In this document: piece by piece, positions 1-13,739 of the stretch
Layout: each line of letters opens with the position of its first letter
Numbering within the stretch: the first letter of the stretch is position 1
Source of the DNA: Octopus sinensis
Taxonomy: Eukaryota
DNA length: 64,000 nt
Assembly: GCF_006345805.1 (NCBI RefSeq)
Contig: NC_042999.1
Span: 36,270,001-36,334,000, forward strand
Direction: 5' to 3'
Notes under the pieces: generated by a model
What the model saw: only the letters and a program-made list of their open reading frames with translations
Told to the model about the DNA's origin: nothing
Databases searched by the model: none
Made by a program: the position numbers and the translations under genes

Positions 1-480
1 TTCAACAGAATCACTTCTATCCATCCATTTTCCTACCCCTTCTATCTCTCTAATGCATTTACTCTGGCATCTTTTGTCTCAACTACTTTTAAAACTCTAA
101 ACACACACACCTGAATTGATTAACAGATACCAATCAAGTACTGAGTCGGTTTAAGCTCTCTCCCTCCCACAAAATGTGTCATGTACTAATATTTTAAAAA
201 ATCAATACTACACAGGCACACATTCACAAACATTTATACGCACACAGAAAGAGAAAAAACAAAACAAAACAAAGAGAGCAAATGAAATTAAATAAACATA
301 TGACATAAGACATAACTAAAAGGGCAAGCACTGAGGAGAGCATCTGATCATGAAGCACCGCCTCAAACTGTCTAACATGCTGGCATGGAAACATGGACAT
401 AAAAATTTCAATGAGGACGGTGGCCACAGTGATCACTGTTCAAGTTCAACAAGGAGAAAGCAGAACTGTTTACTCATTAA

Positions 481-697
481 CCCTTTCGTTACCAACTCGG
501 CCAAAACCAGCTCAGGCTCTGTAGTACAAATGTCCTTTCATAAGTTTTGAATTAAAATCTTTCATCAAACCTTAGTCACAATTTATGTTCCTAACACTAG
601 CTATCTGATAACTTAATTATTTTACTAAATTCTTTGTTACATTTAAAAATGATTGAAAGAAACTGAATATCTCAAAATAAATACAGTAACTAAAGGG
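481..697. mobile_element. piggyBac-type non-autonomous MITE
   Basis: TTAA at 477-480 and 698-701; TIRs CCCTTTCGTTAC / GTAACTAAAGGG (1 mismatch); no ORF. Confidence 0.8.
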
Positions 698-1823
698 TTA
701 ATGATGGATTCAGTAGATGAGAGCTACAGATGCTCATGTACAGGGAGCTAGTCTTTTGCACTTTCCATTTCTTAGTTTTGTTTTATTTTTGCTCTTTTTC
801 TACTTGTAGCCTGCATGTTGATTTGTCAATATATCTGAGATTGTTTTTGAGCTGTTACAGATCTCTTTCCCAAAGCTTCAACCCTTGACATGAGGGTTCT
901 GCAGTTAATTTTATACTGTGCAGTGACCATAGGTGGGAGCAGTAAGCTTAAGTGGCTATAGTGTACACTCAAGTGAAATTCCTCACCCATTTATCATAAA
1001 TATGGGCACTCAAACATAGCAGATAACAGCTAGCCTTTGGCTGCTATTTGGACCCCGTTGTGTCCACTACTCTGATTGGTTGGCACAATTTGTCTCTTAC
1101 TCTGTCATGCTAATATGCAGCATATAACCAATCAGAGCCCCTAAATAAGATCATGTGAAACAGCCTTTTCTTAACTCAATTTGAGCCTACTGCTCCTCAT
1201 AAAAACCCAGCTACTCCTCATCTCGAAGTCTTTGGTTCCAGACCTTTTAAAGTCTAGCCACTGACCACAGAGGACAGCCAGTTACAGTGACAACACCCAT
1301 CCAACAGCATTATAGCAATCTCTTTCTTCATCACCAACATCTCTATGTACACAGCTCAACCAGCAACACTGCACAAGTTCCAGTATAGCACTGTTCATGA
1401 ATTACTTCACCATGGTTAACAGCAAATACAACCTGCGCGAACTCTTGTACAAGAGACCCAGGCAGCAGCATTACAGCCACAACTTTGTATGACACATACC
1501 GCAACCGGCTCTGCATCAGCACCACAACTTCTTGATACAGTATTTCAATCACTGTATACAATTGACTACAAACTGGTATTTCTCATTCTTGTGTCTTTGA
1601 ACATTCATCTAACTTCTTATTATAGACTCCCTGCCTTCTTCGTCGTTATTCTTATATGTACTTAACACACACGCATGCATTCATTCCTATACACACATAC
1701 ACTTTGTTCTCAAGATGGCCTGTCTATTATTCTGTATACATGATACACACACAGACACACATGTCAACATATTAATAAATCATTATTTACATTTGACGGA
1801 TATTTGTCCTCATCTTTGTTGTT

Positions 1824-1869
1824 AACACAACATTTCGGCTGATATACCCTCCAACCTTCATCAGGTGTC
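1824..1869 (-). ncRNA. Minimal type I hammerhead ribozyme motif (left arm)
   Basis: Minus strand: GACAC CTGATGA A GGTTG gagggtatat CAGCC GAAA TG TT GTGTT = stem I, CUGANGA, stem II, GAAA, short stem III, UH, stem I'. Confidence 0.7.
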
Positions 1870-2095
1870 TTGGGGAAATTTCAAACCTGGGTTCTCATTC
1901 CTAAGGTATTTTTTGATGGTGTTGTTGTTATTATCATTATTATTCAGATCACTGCTTGGAATCGAACTCGGAATCTTGGAGTTAGTAGCCTGAGCTCTTA
2001 ACTCCAAGATTCCAAGTAGTGACCTGAATAATAGTAATAACAATAATATCGAAAAATACCTTAGGAATGAGAACCCAGGCTCAAAATTTCCCCAA

Positions 2096-2141
2096 GACAC
2101 CTGAAGAAGGCTGGAGGGTATATCAGCCGAAATGTTGTGTT
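2096..2141 (+). ncRNA. Minimal type I hammerhead ribozyme motif (right arm)
   Basis: GACAC CTGAAGA A GGCTG gagggtatat CAGCC GAAA TG TT GTGTT. Confidence 0.7.
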
Positions 2142-2367
2142 AACAACAAACAAGATGAGGACAAATATCCTATTAATAATCATCTCTCAAACATTCTACT
2201 TGGTTGTGTCTCTCTTTTTCCAACTGGTACATCAAATGTATTATTACAGCCTTCGGAACAGAGTCATTATTAGATGGTTTTACCACACTTCAACATGCAC
2301 AACTATCTATAATTGGTGACCCGACATAGAACACACACTTCCACGACCATCTATACATCCTCTACAT

Positions 2368-2636
2368 CAGTGCTCCTCAAACTATCTGATGTGGTGTACC
2401 AGCAGTTTTTTTTCCAATGTCCCAGGGACCAGTAATGTTTCTTAGTACTATTAATTTATACTGGAAACAATATATATAATGAATATAATAAAAGTTGACA
2501 ATTTTTTTTATATCTTATATTTATTTTGTAAACAAATAATACAATATTACATAAGCATTTTAAAATGTTTCTTTCTTTTCCGGAAACTTGCCACATACAG
2601 GCACCGGTCTGTGGACCACCACTTTGAGTAGCACTG
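2368..2636. mobile_element. hAT (Charlie-like) MITE
   Basis: TIRs CAGTGCTCCTCAAA / TTTGAGTAGCACTG; imperfect 8-bp TSD CTCTACAT / CTCTAGAG matching the NTCTAGAN preference. Confidence 0.75.
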
Positions 2637-4683
2637 CTCTAGAGGACCATCATTGTTTCCTAATCTCTAGTTCTAAAAGTTCAGAGGATCTAACCAGCCA
2701 GCTGTCTACATTTTATTGCCAAATTAGTAATATGCACCAGGACGACCTGTTCTGCTGTTTATGTAACTTTCAATGCCAAAGTTTGTTACAAGTCCTTCCA
2801 GAATCATGCGTATCTTTCACACCTTTCTGCAAGGAGTAGTGTCTTAACTTTATCAGACTTTTCCAGTAAATGACACATTGCATTGAAATGGTCTTCTCTG
2901 TGTAGCTTTGCTAGATTGCTTCAAGTTTTGCTGTCAATCTTATACTGTGTGGTGGTCATAGGTTGGAGCAGTAGGCCTAAGTGGCTGAGGACATATTTCC
3001 TCTAGAGGACCATCATTGTTTCCTATTCTCTTGTTTTAGAAGTTTAGAGGATCTATCTGACCAGCCATCTGCATTTTATTGCCACATTACTAATATGCAC
3101 CAGGAAAGATGCATCATTATTCATGTCAAGGGTTGACTAAAAGATAATATCCATAGTCTCAGTTTGTCATGCTTGAGAATCAAGATGGAAAGTGTAATGA
3201 CAGTTGCTTCTGATAGGATCCTATGGAGGAGGTACCTGAAAACGCTACCTCCACAAGCCTCCCAGTAATGGTATGTGGAGAAAATGGATGGATGGGTAGA
3301 CGTATGCCATAGTTGAATAAAGTTCTTTACTTATTGAAGCCATTCTCAACTGCATAACCAATCATCTACATTGAACTGATAACCATTTTAAACAACACAG
3401 CTGGCTCCATACTGTTTCTTGAGTCAAGTAACAGTAATCACGACGATCTTGTAACACTACAACATGTTATACCCCTTTCTTCTTTTTATGGTACATTTGA
3501 TTTCTGGTATATTTATGTTTTTCAGACAGAGATTCCATCCCTCTCCTCTGCCCACTATTCTTGAGAGGGTTGTTGGGGTAGAGTCCTCATAGGATCCTAC
3601 CAATATCAACCATCATTAGATTTCTCCAGCTTGGTTCCAAGGTGTGTCCGACTGAGACTATAGATATTATTCAACCATCTCATTCATGGTCTATCCCCAA
3701 GTCTCCAGCTAGCTGGGTTAGCTTCAGGAAACCATCTTCTCTGTGACATTCTAATTACATGTCTGTAGTTCCAGAGTTGTGTCTTCTCAATGCAGCTAAG
3801 TAGTGGCTTGACCTGGAGAGGGTTCCTGATCTTCAAGGTACAAATCCTGTCAAGTAGTGTTACTCCAGAGATCCCAAGATGGATCAGACAGTGATTAATT
3901 ATCAAATTTTTATTGTCTAGACATGCATAAGTTTTCAAACTCTTTATGCTTAGGCATGGACTAATGTTGAAGCCGGTTACACTTATAATCCATTGCTTAG
4001 CCTCTCACAGACAGCCTTCAAAATCTTACAAAAGGAATGATGGCAAATTTCTCAAAGAATGATATGCTCAATTTGCATATGTTTGCAAAGTGCCTGATTT
4101 TTCTTTAAAAAGCTCTGGATACTAAAATCTGCCAAGCACAAAAAATACCTTCAACCTCAAAAAGTACCAAAATACCTTTAAACATAACCCAGAAAGAACA
4201 ATAAAGAAAAGATAGTTTGACTCAGAATTCCTGAGAGCATATGCCTTACACACCATACATACAATGTATATATAGATATATATGTTCGTCAGGACAAATG
4301 TTTGTACCAAACATATACCAAACAAAATAAAAACAAATATCTTAACTCTTTATCCCTTTTGTTTCTCTTAAGCCAACAAAACTATAGAATATCTTTGACT
4401 AGATGTATATGAACCAGCGATTACAGAATGTGACTGGGTGTATATAGCGCAATAAGGTTATAGAAATATTCTATCTTCTTTCATAATTATTTTCAAGTTC
4501 TCAAAGTCAATAACAAAATAAAGTATGAAAGAAATATATAAACAATACAGAAAATATATCTTCATTGAAGACAAAATCCTGGCAAGCTCGCCAAAAGTGT
4601 TATTCTTGTCCCTCTTCTAATAGAAACATTTCCAGAAGCTTTAAAATAACTTTAAATCATACTTGTTCTCTCTCTCTCTCTCT

Positions 4684-4780
4684 ATCATCATCATCATCGT
4701 TTAACGTCCGCTTTCCATGCTAGCATGGGTTGGACGGTTCAACTGGGGTCTGGGGAGCCCGAAGGCTGCACCAGGCCAGT
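4684..4780 (-). mobile_element. RTE-family 3'-end fragment
   Basis: Reverse complement of the 3' terminus of the RTE at 38746-41173 (CCAACCCATGCTAGCATGGAAAGCGGACGTTAAAC + (GAT)n); abuts (TA)n. Confidence 0.85.
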
Positions 4781-6262
4781 ATATATATATATATATATAT
4801 ATGGAGAGAGAGAGAGAGAGAGCAATTATATTCAATTTTTGTAACATGCTAACAGATTTGTAGGATTCAAAGCCAAGGTTGTAGAAATATCTGAAAATAG
4901 TCATTTGTGAAAGGTACAAGTTTTTCTCTGCAGCAGTTTACCAACTAGGTTTGTATTCTTGGAATATTTATCACAATGTTATTCTATGGGTCAGCTTCAC
5001 ATTACTCTGGGTCCAGATTCCAGATAGTCACATTACAACAATGTATATATCAAACATTACAACAATGAAAAAATTATACTAGCCAGTAAGAAAGAGATTT
5101 GCCCAGAATGTTTTCTACCACAGCCTCAGGTTGGGGTGTTGTAGCCTTAAGTAAGCCCACTTCATTTCATGAAGCACTTTACTCCAGGACACAACACACC
5201 ACCTGGACTGAGAATTGAATCCACAACCTAACAATCATGAATCCAATGAGGGTGCGTGTAGGCCTCACATGCTCACATGTAAGTGCATAGGTGTGCTAAA
5301 AACACGTCCATTTAATCAGACTTTGCATTCTTATTTATTCATATCTTTTCTTATAACCTGGTGGCCTAATTTGATATTTGTTGGTTAAAGAAAAACTGAA
5401 AAAAATCTAATTATATGCTCACACACACACACAACACACACACACACACACACACACCACACACACACACACACACAAATGTACACATATCAACAGATAA
5501 CTAATGAACGTGTAGAAAGAAGGTATCTATTTACATATGCATATTTATGAATGTTTACAACATGATTGTTCAAGAATGGATATTGTTTGACTGGCAGCAA
5601 GGCGTATAAAACTGTAAAGTTAGGTTAATATTTAGAATAAACCAGTGTACTGTTATTATTGTAGATGTATGTATATCTAGTGAAAGATATGTAGGTGGAG
5701 AAGTTCTTGGAATTACTGGACAAAGTATCTACTGAAATATAGTGTGGGCAGCTAGAAGAAAGAGAGGTAGCAGATAACTTTCAAGTGGAGAGAGTTAATT
5801 ATAGCAGCAACTTTAACTCTTTAAGCAACATGAGCCAACTTAATAGAAATAGCAGCCAGATTGACTTCAAATTATATGTATCTTAAAGAAAAGGAATTCA
5901 TTGAACAATGTTGCCTAAAGTATAAAAAACAAAATGTGGTGGTTATAGCAGTAACATGTTTGATAATGGGTCTGCTTTACTTGGATGGACCTGGGGTTAA
6001 GCAATACATAGATTATAAATAGTATGAATTGAGCAATAGAAGTTTTAAAATACTGCAAACATGTATTAATGAAACCACTACAAATCACATTGACTTTAAA
6101 AAAAAATAAGTACTATGGTCAATTTGTTTGTTTAACTAAAACTTCAAAGAGGTACTCCAGCATGGCTGTAGTCCAATGATTGAAACAAGTAAAAGAATAA
6201 AAGAATACATATACATACACAAGCACCTACATACACACACACACACATATATATATATATAT

Positions 6263-6479
6263 CTGGCAGAACTGTTAGCACGCCGGGCGAAATACGTAGC
6301 CGTATTTCGTCTGCCGTTACGTTCTGAGTTCAAATTCCGCCGAGGTCAACTTTGCCTTTCATCTTTTCGGGGTGGATAAATTAAGTACCAGTTAAGCACT
6401 GGGGTCGATGTAATCGTCTTAATCCATTTGTCTGTCCTTGTCCCCTCTATGTTTAGCCCCTTGTGGGTAATAAAGAAAC
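6263..6479 (+). mobile_element. tRNA-derived SINE with MESC/Meta-like central domain
   Basis: B-box GAGTTCAAATTCC; central GCCTTTCATC.TTTCGGGG..GATAAATTAAGTACC; 3' GCCCCTTGTGGGTAATAAAG; near-identical copy at 36485-36709. Confidence 0.8.
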
Positions 6480-6535
6480 ATATATATATAATACACACAC
6501 ACATATATATTTATAATGCACACACACACACACAC

Positions 6536-6570
<35 letters not shown>

Positions 6571-7004
6571 GTATAGAAAAAAGTTACTCATATGAACAGG
6601 GAAATTCAAAGGCTTGTTTTGGTTCAATGGTAAAACACCTTTCTTGTTTACAAATGTGGGTTTGAGTTCCATGGGTAGCCTACAATTATTCCTATCCAAA
6701 GGATGTTTTAAACCCAATATTTATGTGCTATTATTTATAACTTCATTTCCTTTGAAGTCTACCATTCCCAAAAATAAAATAAAAACTGAAGGTTAGAAAG
6801 ATCTAAGTATATTAAATAGAGGAAGTTCATCTTTCAAATGAGACACTGAAAGAACTATAAAGATGGCCAGCCAAAAATTTGGTTGGATACTAAGTATCTT
6901 TTGGTCAAGAAACCAAATGATAATTTTGACCTTGTACCAAAGGATGGCTGTCCCATTTTTGAATACAACTCAATATTTATATTCCCCAACCTGTGTGTGT
7001 GTGG

Positions 7005-7053
<49 letters not shown>

Positions 7054-9835
7054 CAATTCTTGGAAATGTGAAAAGATTACTAACATTTAAAAGCTATTCC
7101 TTTGAAGGCAAAGATTATAGGAAGCAATTGAAAGAACTGAAGATCTGATAGATAGAATTAAGAAGAAATATGTACAGAGAATATGTACAGAGAATCCTGT
7201 AAAACTTGGAACAAAATATGAAGCAAAAACAGAAAACCCATGATTTCCTACAATGATGAGTGAAAAGGGAAACTTAGCAGGATTTCCCTACTGAACAACA
7301 GTTGTTCAAAAATTACAAAGACCCCCTGCAAGAGAAATATTCATCCAAATCAGAGATCCCAAACTCTTTAACATTTTGCCAAAAGAAATCAGAAATCTTG
7401 AGAACATTCATTTAATACATTACTGAAAGTGAGATTTGACAAATAATTCAAAATTATTCCACATTTACCCACTGCTGCTGATTGATTTTGCACAATTCCA
7501 ATCTAAAAACTTTGAAAATTACAAAGAGATGTACAAAATCAAAGCTTTCAAAGATTCAACTAGAAATTAACCTTTGTGAAATTAAATTTCATGGTTATTC
7601 TTGTAATGATGTTTAATATCTTCCAAAAAAATAGAACTGGTATTTTCTGCAAGTCACGTTGCCTCAATAAACTTGACTTACCTGAACAAAATTAGTTTCA
7701 AACATAACATTCCTCAACAAAAGAGGCTGGTGTATAAAACTCCTTTCTATAGCTAAGAGTAATGAATTTTTAAGTGGATATATCTGAATTCTGCAGTAAA
7801 ATGGTTAAAAAGTCCAAAGTTAAAAAAAAAAAATTCTGATCTGACTACTTCGTGTGAAGTACATCCATTACCTTTGAATATTTTCCACAAGCAACTCAAT
7901 TTTTTTTTTATTTTCACCAGCATAGTCATTTATGATTTATGCATTATAGTGAAGTTAGCTCTCATATTTGTAGGAAGACAGTAGGTAGACACTAAATAAT
8001 GAGCAGTATTATCATTAATGGCAGTACATTTTTTTTTCTTCCACTGGTTTCAAATTGGTTCACTGTTTACAAGGGTATTTGTACCACTTTGTTCATTTTC
8101 ACATCCATTTTTCAATGGTGGTATGAGATACACGAGTATATTACAGTTAGATGCTCTCCCTGTTGCTAACCCTTACCTGTTGTTTCTAAACACACAACAT
8201 ACATACTCTATCAATATATTTAGAGAGATAAATCATCACCATTATTTATCTACTTTCCATGCTTGCATGAATCAGATAGAATTTTGTTGAGGCGGATTTT
8301 GTATAGGCAGGATGCCCTTCCTGTTGCCAATCTCATCTGTTTCCAGGTAAGGTAATATTCCCCATTTTATAATGAACTCTTTGTATGACCACCCTCCCTG
8401 TCCCCCTACATGGCCTTGCTTACTTGTATTGCTTGTATGACAGTGATGGTTGTTTGCAACCATCACATGATGTCAAGACAAGACACACTCACACACACGT
8501 ATGTGACAGGCTTCTTCTAGATTCCATCTACCAAATCCACCCTCAAGGCTTTGGTCGGCTCAAAGCTAGAGTAGCAGATACTTGTCCGAGATGCTACACA
8601 GTGGCCTGACCTGAGACCACATGGCTAGGAAGTAAAGCTTCTGAACTATATAGCCATACATGCACCTGTATATAAAAATGACAGGCTTTTTAAAAAAATT
8701 TCTGACAACCAAATCCACTCAAAAGGTTTTGGCCACCCAAGCCTACAATAAAAAGCACATGACCAAGCTAGCATTCAATTGTACTGAAACCAGAATATGG
8801 CCTGAACTCTTTGTATGACCACCCTCCCTGTACATAACTCGCTGTCCCCCTACATGACCTTGCTTTTGCTTTTTGAGCCAATAAAAATTGAATTGAATTG
8901 AAAAACTCAACTCTTCTCAACTGAACAGAGTCTTATGTTGATTAAGCTGATGAGGTTTTAATATGACTGAAATATGCCCATACTGGTTTCTTTGTTGATA
9001 AAAAGAAATTGGATTTTCCTCTAAGCATGTAAATAAATTTTGTGAAATTATTAATTCCTTGAAATTATCTCTCGCTGATTTTTTTTTTAGTGTCAATAAT
9101 AATTACCGTTAGGTTTTTGTTTTCTTTCTCCACTTAAGAGGGAAATTTCAGTCATTTAGTACAACTCTCTTTCAGTTAATGCTATTTATTAACTAGAGCT
9201 ACACATACAATGCACGCACATTCTCTCTTCCTCTAATGCACGTTTGTATACACATACATCCTGATACACACACACTCACACTTGTATGCACATATACATG
9301 CACATACGCATACCAAAAGTGGTACTCCAGCTTGGTCTTAGCAACGATATCAAAAACGTTAAAATGAACCGAAGAACATATTCACCTATGCAAACATAAT
9401 ACACACACATACACACACACACACACATAAATGTATGCACTCTCTCTCTCTCTCTCACACACACACATGATAGATAGATAGAGAGAGAGAGAGAAAGAGA
9501 GAGAGTGAGAGAAAGCCTTATGATTAGGCATGAACGGTGGAGTTTCATCAGTCATGCTAAACAGTCAGAAGGTAAGATACAGTTACTAGTAGACTTTTAC
9601 CTCTCTCAAACCAACAACTCTAGTATCGTACTAATACTAACCAAAAAGTGAAAGAAAAAAAAAGCAGCTAGTGGCAAGCTAGTGACTGTGCAGAAACCAC
9701 TAAATTGATAAGATTGTGCAACATATATACATTCATATGCACATACATACACACTGTGCATGCACGCAAACGTGCACACGCTGGGCAAATAGGCTTGGTG
9801 GAGCTGGTAGTTAATGGTCGTGGTGTGTAATAGAA

Positions 9836-10728
9836 TATAGAAGAAGAAGAAGAGGGGAATTAAGAGGCAGGAGAGGATGAGTGGGACAGATAGGAGAAAC
9901 AGAGGAGGTGGTGCAGATAGAAAGAGGGTAGAGAGTGAGATAGATTGTGAAGAAGGGTAGGACAGATGGAAAAGAGAAGAAAAGGGTGTACACGAGAAAC
10001 GGAGATAGAGAGGATGGGTTAGAATAGGCCGAAGTGAAAGAGAAGATAGGAGAGGGTAGGAGAGAGAGAGAGAGAGAGACATGCATGAAAAAGGGTGAGA
10101 GATGGAAGATAGGAGAGAGATAATTAGAGAATGAGGAATAAAAGAAAAAGAAACTAAATATAGAGGGGGTAAAATAATTAACGAGAGAGAACGAGAGTGA
10201 ATGTGTATAAAGTGGAATATGTTTAGGGAGAGATAGACAGATAGATAGATAGAGAGAGAGAGGGGGTAGTGAGGGGAGAGAGAACGAGTAAGGAGAGAGA
10301 GAGAGAAAGGAGAGAAGGTTTAAAGAGGGGGAAGAAAGAACGTGCAGAGAAAAGATGTAGGAAGAGAAGAAAGAGGTGTTAAGAGACAACGATGAGAGAT
10401 AGATAGAGAGAGAGTGTGTGTGTGTGTGTGTGTGTGTACGCGCGTATGTATGTGGGGGATATTTAGTTTGTTTTTAGATATCACGACTAGGCCATGCTGG
10501 AGTGTTAAATAGGGAGGAAAAAAACATGAAAAATGAGAGAAAAAGGAGAATGAATGTGTGAAGAAGGAGAGACAGATCATGTAGCGATGAGTTTAGAGTG
10601 TAAAGAAAAAAGGAGCTGTAGGAAGGACGGGAGAGAGAGAGAGAGAGAATTCGTGGGGGAAGAAAGACGGTGATAAGAGAATAGGGTACATGATATAATA
10701 GAGAGAACAAGTGTGTGTGTGTGTGTGT

Positions 10729-10769
<41 letters not shown>

Positions 10770-11180
10770 AAGAGAGAAGGAGAGCAGTGGACAGAATGAA
10801 GGTGTGTGAAAAGGAAAAAGTGAGAGAGAGCGTGGGTATATAGAGTATGAAGGAATGCATGAATAGAACGGGAGAGAAAAAAGTGATTGTGGTTGTGTGT
10901 GTGTAGAGAGAGAGAGACAGACAGATAGATAGATAGAGACAGAGAGATAGAGACAGAGAGAAATACGTAGCGAAAGAATGAGTGGAGAGAAAGGGGGGAG
11001 GGGGGAACCGAGCTCAATTGCAAGAAACATACATGAAAGAGACATGAGAAAAGAGAAGAGAGAGATAGAGAGCGAGAGTGGAAGTGGCAGAGAAAGAGAG
11101 AGAAAGATAAGATACAAAAGTAAAAAGAAAAACCAAAACAAACGAAAAGAGAGTTGAGGAAAAGGAAAAGAAGCAAGAAG
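9836..11180. repeat. Long purine-rich (GA)n/(GATA)n low-complexity tract
   Basis: About 1.3 kb of almost only A/G on + strand; source of the S/L/F-rich spurious ORFs. Confidence 0.9.
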
Positions 11181-11306
11181 CAAGTAATGCTTTAGTGTGA
11201 TCATGGTATCACGTAAGATTGGGCGTGTATGGTTATGAGAGCGTGTGTGTGCGTGCGTGCGTACGTGTGTTTGTGTTTATATAAAAGAGGCTTAGAAATG
11301 ACGTAG

Positions 11307-11340
<34 letters not shown>

Positions 11341-11610
11341 ACTGGTTTTTGCTTGAATGTTTGTGTGTGTGTACGTGTCTGTGTGTACGTGCGGCAGAGA
11401 ATGCAAACAGTTTGAAGTGTTTGTGTGCATGAGTGTACATGTCTATTGGCGTGCATGTACATGTTTGTGTAGGGGAATGTTTGAGAACAAGAACTCGTTT
11501 GGGTGTGTGTGTGAGTGAGAGAGAGAGAGCGAGTACGTGCATGTACATGCTAGTATGCGCGTGTGCGTCAGAGCGAAAAAGAACTCGTTTTGTGTGCGTA
11601 TGTGTGTGTG

Positions 11611-11691
<81 letters not shown>

Positions 11692-13739
11692 CGTGTGTGT
11701 GTGTGTGTAATCGTCTTTGTGTTTGTCAGCATGTGTGTGTATGTAAACGTGGTGGAAGGGACGTGTGTAGTGGTGGCGGGTAACTGGGGCCCAGTTTAAC
11801 CTTAGCACTTCATGCTACGTGCTTAAAGAGCAAATTAAAATGACACGCTGAAAATAGCAAGGGGAAAAAGAATGAAAGAAATGAAGAGAAAGGGAAAAAC
11901 ACACACACACACACACACAAGAAAAAAAAAAGAAAGAAAAAGAAAGAAAAGAAAGGTATATGATCAGGAGAGAGAGAGCTTCGTGAGAACATTTCTATAT
12001 TGAATCGGTCGAGGATTTTTTTTTTTCCCTCTCGCCGAAACGGCTGTTTGGCATGGAGGACAGCGGTGAAGAAAAGCTAACGAAAGCAACAAACAATAAA
12101 ACTAATGGCAATAATAATAACAACAACGACGATGATGATGCTGATGAAGAAAAGAACAGGGAATGTTGAAAAAGAAGGGCAGGAAAGAAGGATGGCAGTC
12201 CGTGTAGCGCCGTGTATTGTAAGAATCATTGGAGGAGTCACGATTGAAGTGTGGCCAAGCCGAGAGAATTGTCACGAATCTATAAGACTGGAACGACATT
12301 AGAGTCGGTAAAAATACACACAAATAAAATCTGAAATGCTGACGGTATTTTATAGTCGTTGTTGTTGTTGTGATAGAGGGTAGTGGCTGTGGTGACGATA
12401 ATAAAGTAGAGAGAGAGGCAGAAGTACATTTCAACATCAAGATGTTTAACAATTCCAATGTGAGAAGGAGAATCCTTCCTCGTTACAAATCCAGTTCTCC
12501 TCTCCACACAGACACATATATACACATACTGCGTCTGTCTAATGCAACAATATTGGTAACTAGCGATGAGGTTCACTAGAAGAAATGATAATTTTTTCTT
12601 TTTCAATAGCAAAATAAACTGTGGACCATTAGGATTTAATAAGCATTCAGGTGGTTGGCTGGTTGGTGATGCATAAACTGAACCTAAAAGGTTATAAAGC
12701 CAAGAATGGACAGTACTCGCAAGTAATACTTACCCAATACAAGATTAACTTGCCTTCCTGTCCAAGCAACACCACTTATTTGTTTTACTGGGTTAATAAG
12801 GGAATCTCCACATTGTTTGCCAAAAAATCAGCCAAATTTTTCTTTAAAATCACACCTCATTTTGAAAAAGATCATACTAATGATGTAATCATAGATACAT
12901 GAGTTCTTAAGGTGGAATAGTCACAGCTAAAATGCGTTTGACCACAGAAGTGCTTGTATAAGACTGAGTTGTGGGGGAATAAAAACCATGATTTATTTTA
13001 GACATTATTTTAGACATTCTCTTCCACAGCAAATGACAACACTTCAAATATTAGATTCTACAATAACCCCTTCATTTCAAATGAAACATTAAACCAACAA
13101 GCTCTTCCTCTATCACTACCAGCACTGCATTCAGGGTTAAATTCTGGCATTATAGACACCCAAGCAAAGCAATACACTAGGGTCCCTATATAACCACAGC
13201 ATATACAAATTAAAAATGGGCCCCTAGATCCATGGGAACCATGTACAACTGGTCAGTCTGTCCATGCCTTAAGGTGAGACTGACTGCATTGAGTCTGTGA
13301 CCAAGAACAATAAGCTCTCAATGGCTGAAATTTCTTCAAATCAAACCATCGCTTTCTAGTTCTGTGTCAGCCCAGATAGAGCAGACCTATGATGAGAAAG
13401 AAAAAAAAAGGTTCCACCTGTGATCATCCTGTCTTATATTTAGGTAAAGTGTATCTCAGAGTATCATGCCAAGAAAAATCATGGAAGTTGAAAACATTCC
13501 TTATCAATGCATTCAAAATCCAGGACTTGACAAATACCTCAAAATGATTCTTGATTTACCTATGGTCGATGATTATGCACAATTTTGAACTGAACAATCT
13601 AATTCATTGTTACAGATGATTCCAAACTTTAGAGAAGATAGACTAAGTCTGAGTTTTGGAAAATTCTAATAACTATTGCAAATTCCAGAGAAATGAAGCA
13701 ATAGAAATTATTCAATGTGTCTATCTTACATTTTTTTAA

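Larger units (their letters stand above)
1784..2170 (-). mobile_element. Fold-back Penelope-like/retrozyme-like insertion with tRNA-like head and two hammerhead motifs
   Basis: Inverted arms about 1798-1984 and 1999-2170; TSD TATTAATA(A)ATCAT at 1770-1783 and 2171-2183; hammerhead cores in both arms; tRNA-like segment at 1958-2002 on the minus strand. Confidence 0.75.
961..2350 (+). mobile_element. Probable LTR-retrotransposon remnant (LTR-like segment plus PBS), interrupted by the fold-back element at 1784-2170
   Basis: TATA-like TATAA-type motif near 1198; TGGTGACCCGAC at 2314-2325 resembles a tRNA-Trp PBS (TGGTGACCCCGAC); CTATA flanks both sides (956-960, 2351-2355) and the flanks rejoin into a unit also seen at about 2940-3100; termini are not canonical TG..CA. 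Confidence 0.4.

Noticed and set aside
8941-8985. Hammerhead-like CTGATGA-GGTT..GACT-GAAA
   Set aside because: No convincing stem I or cleavage triplet; may be a decayed PLE end or chance
9606-11800. Long S/L/F- and H/T-rich ORFs
   Set aside because: Translations of (GA)n, (GT)n and (TA)n microsatellites
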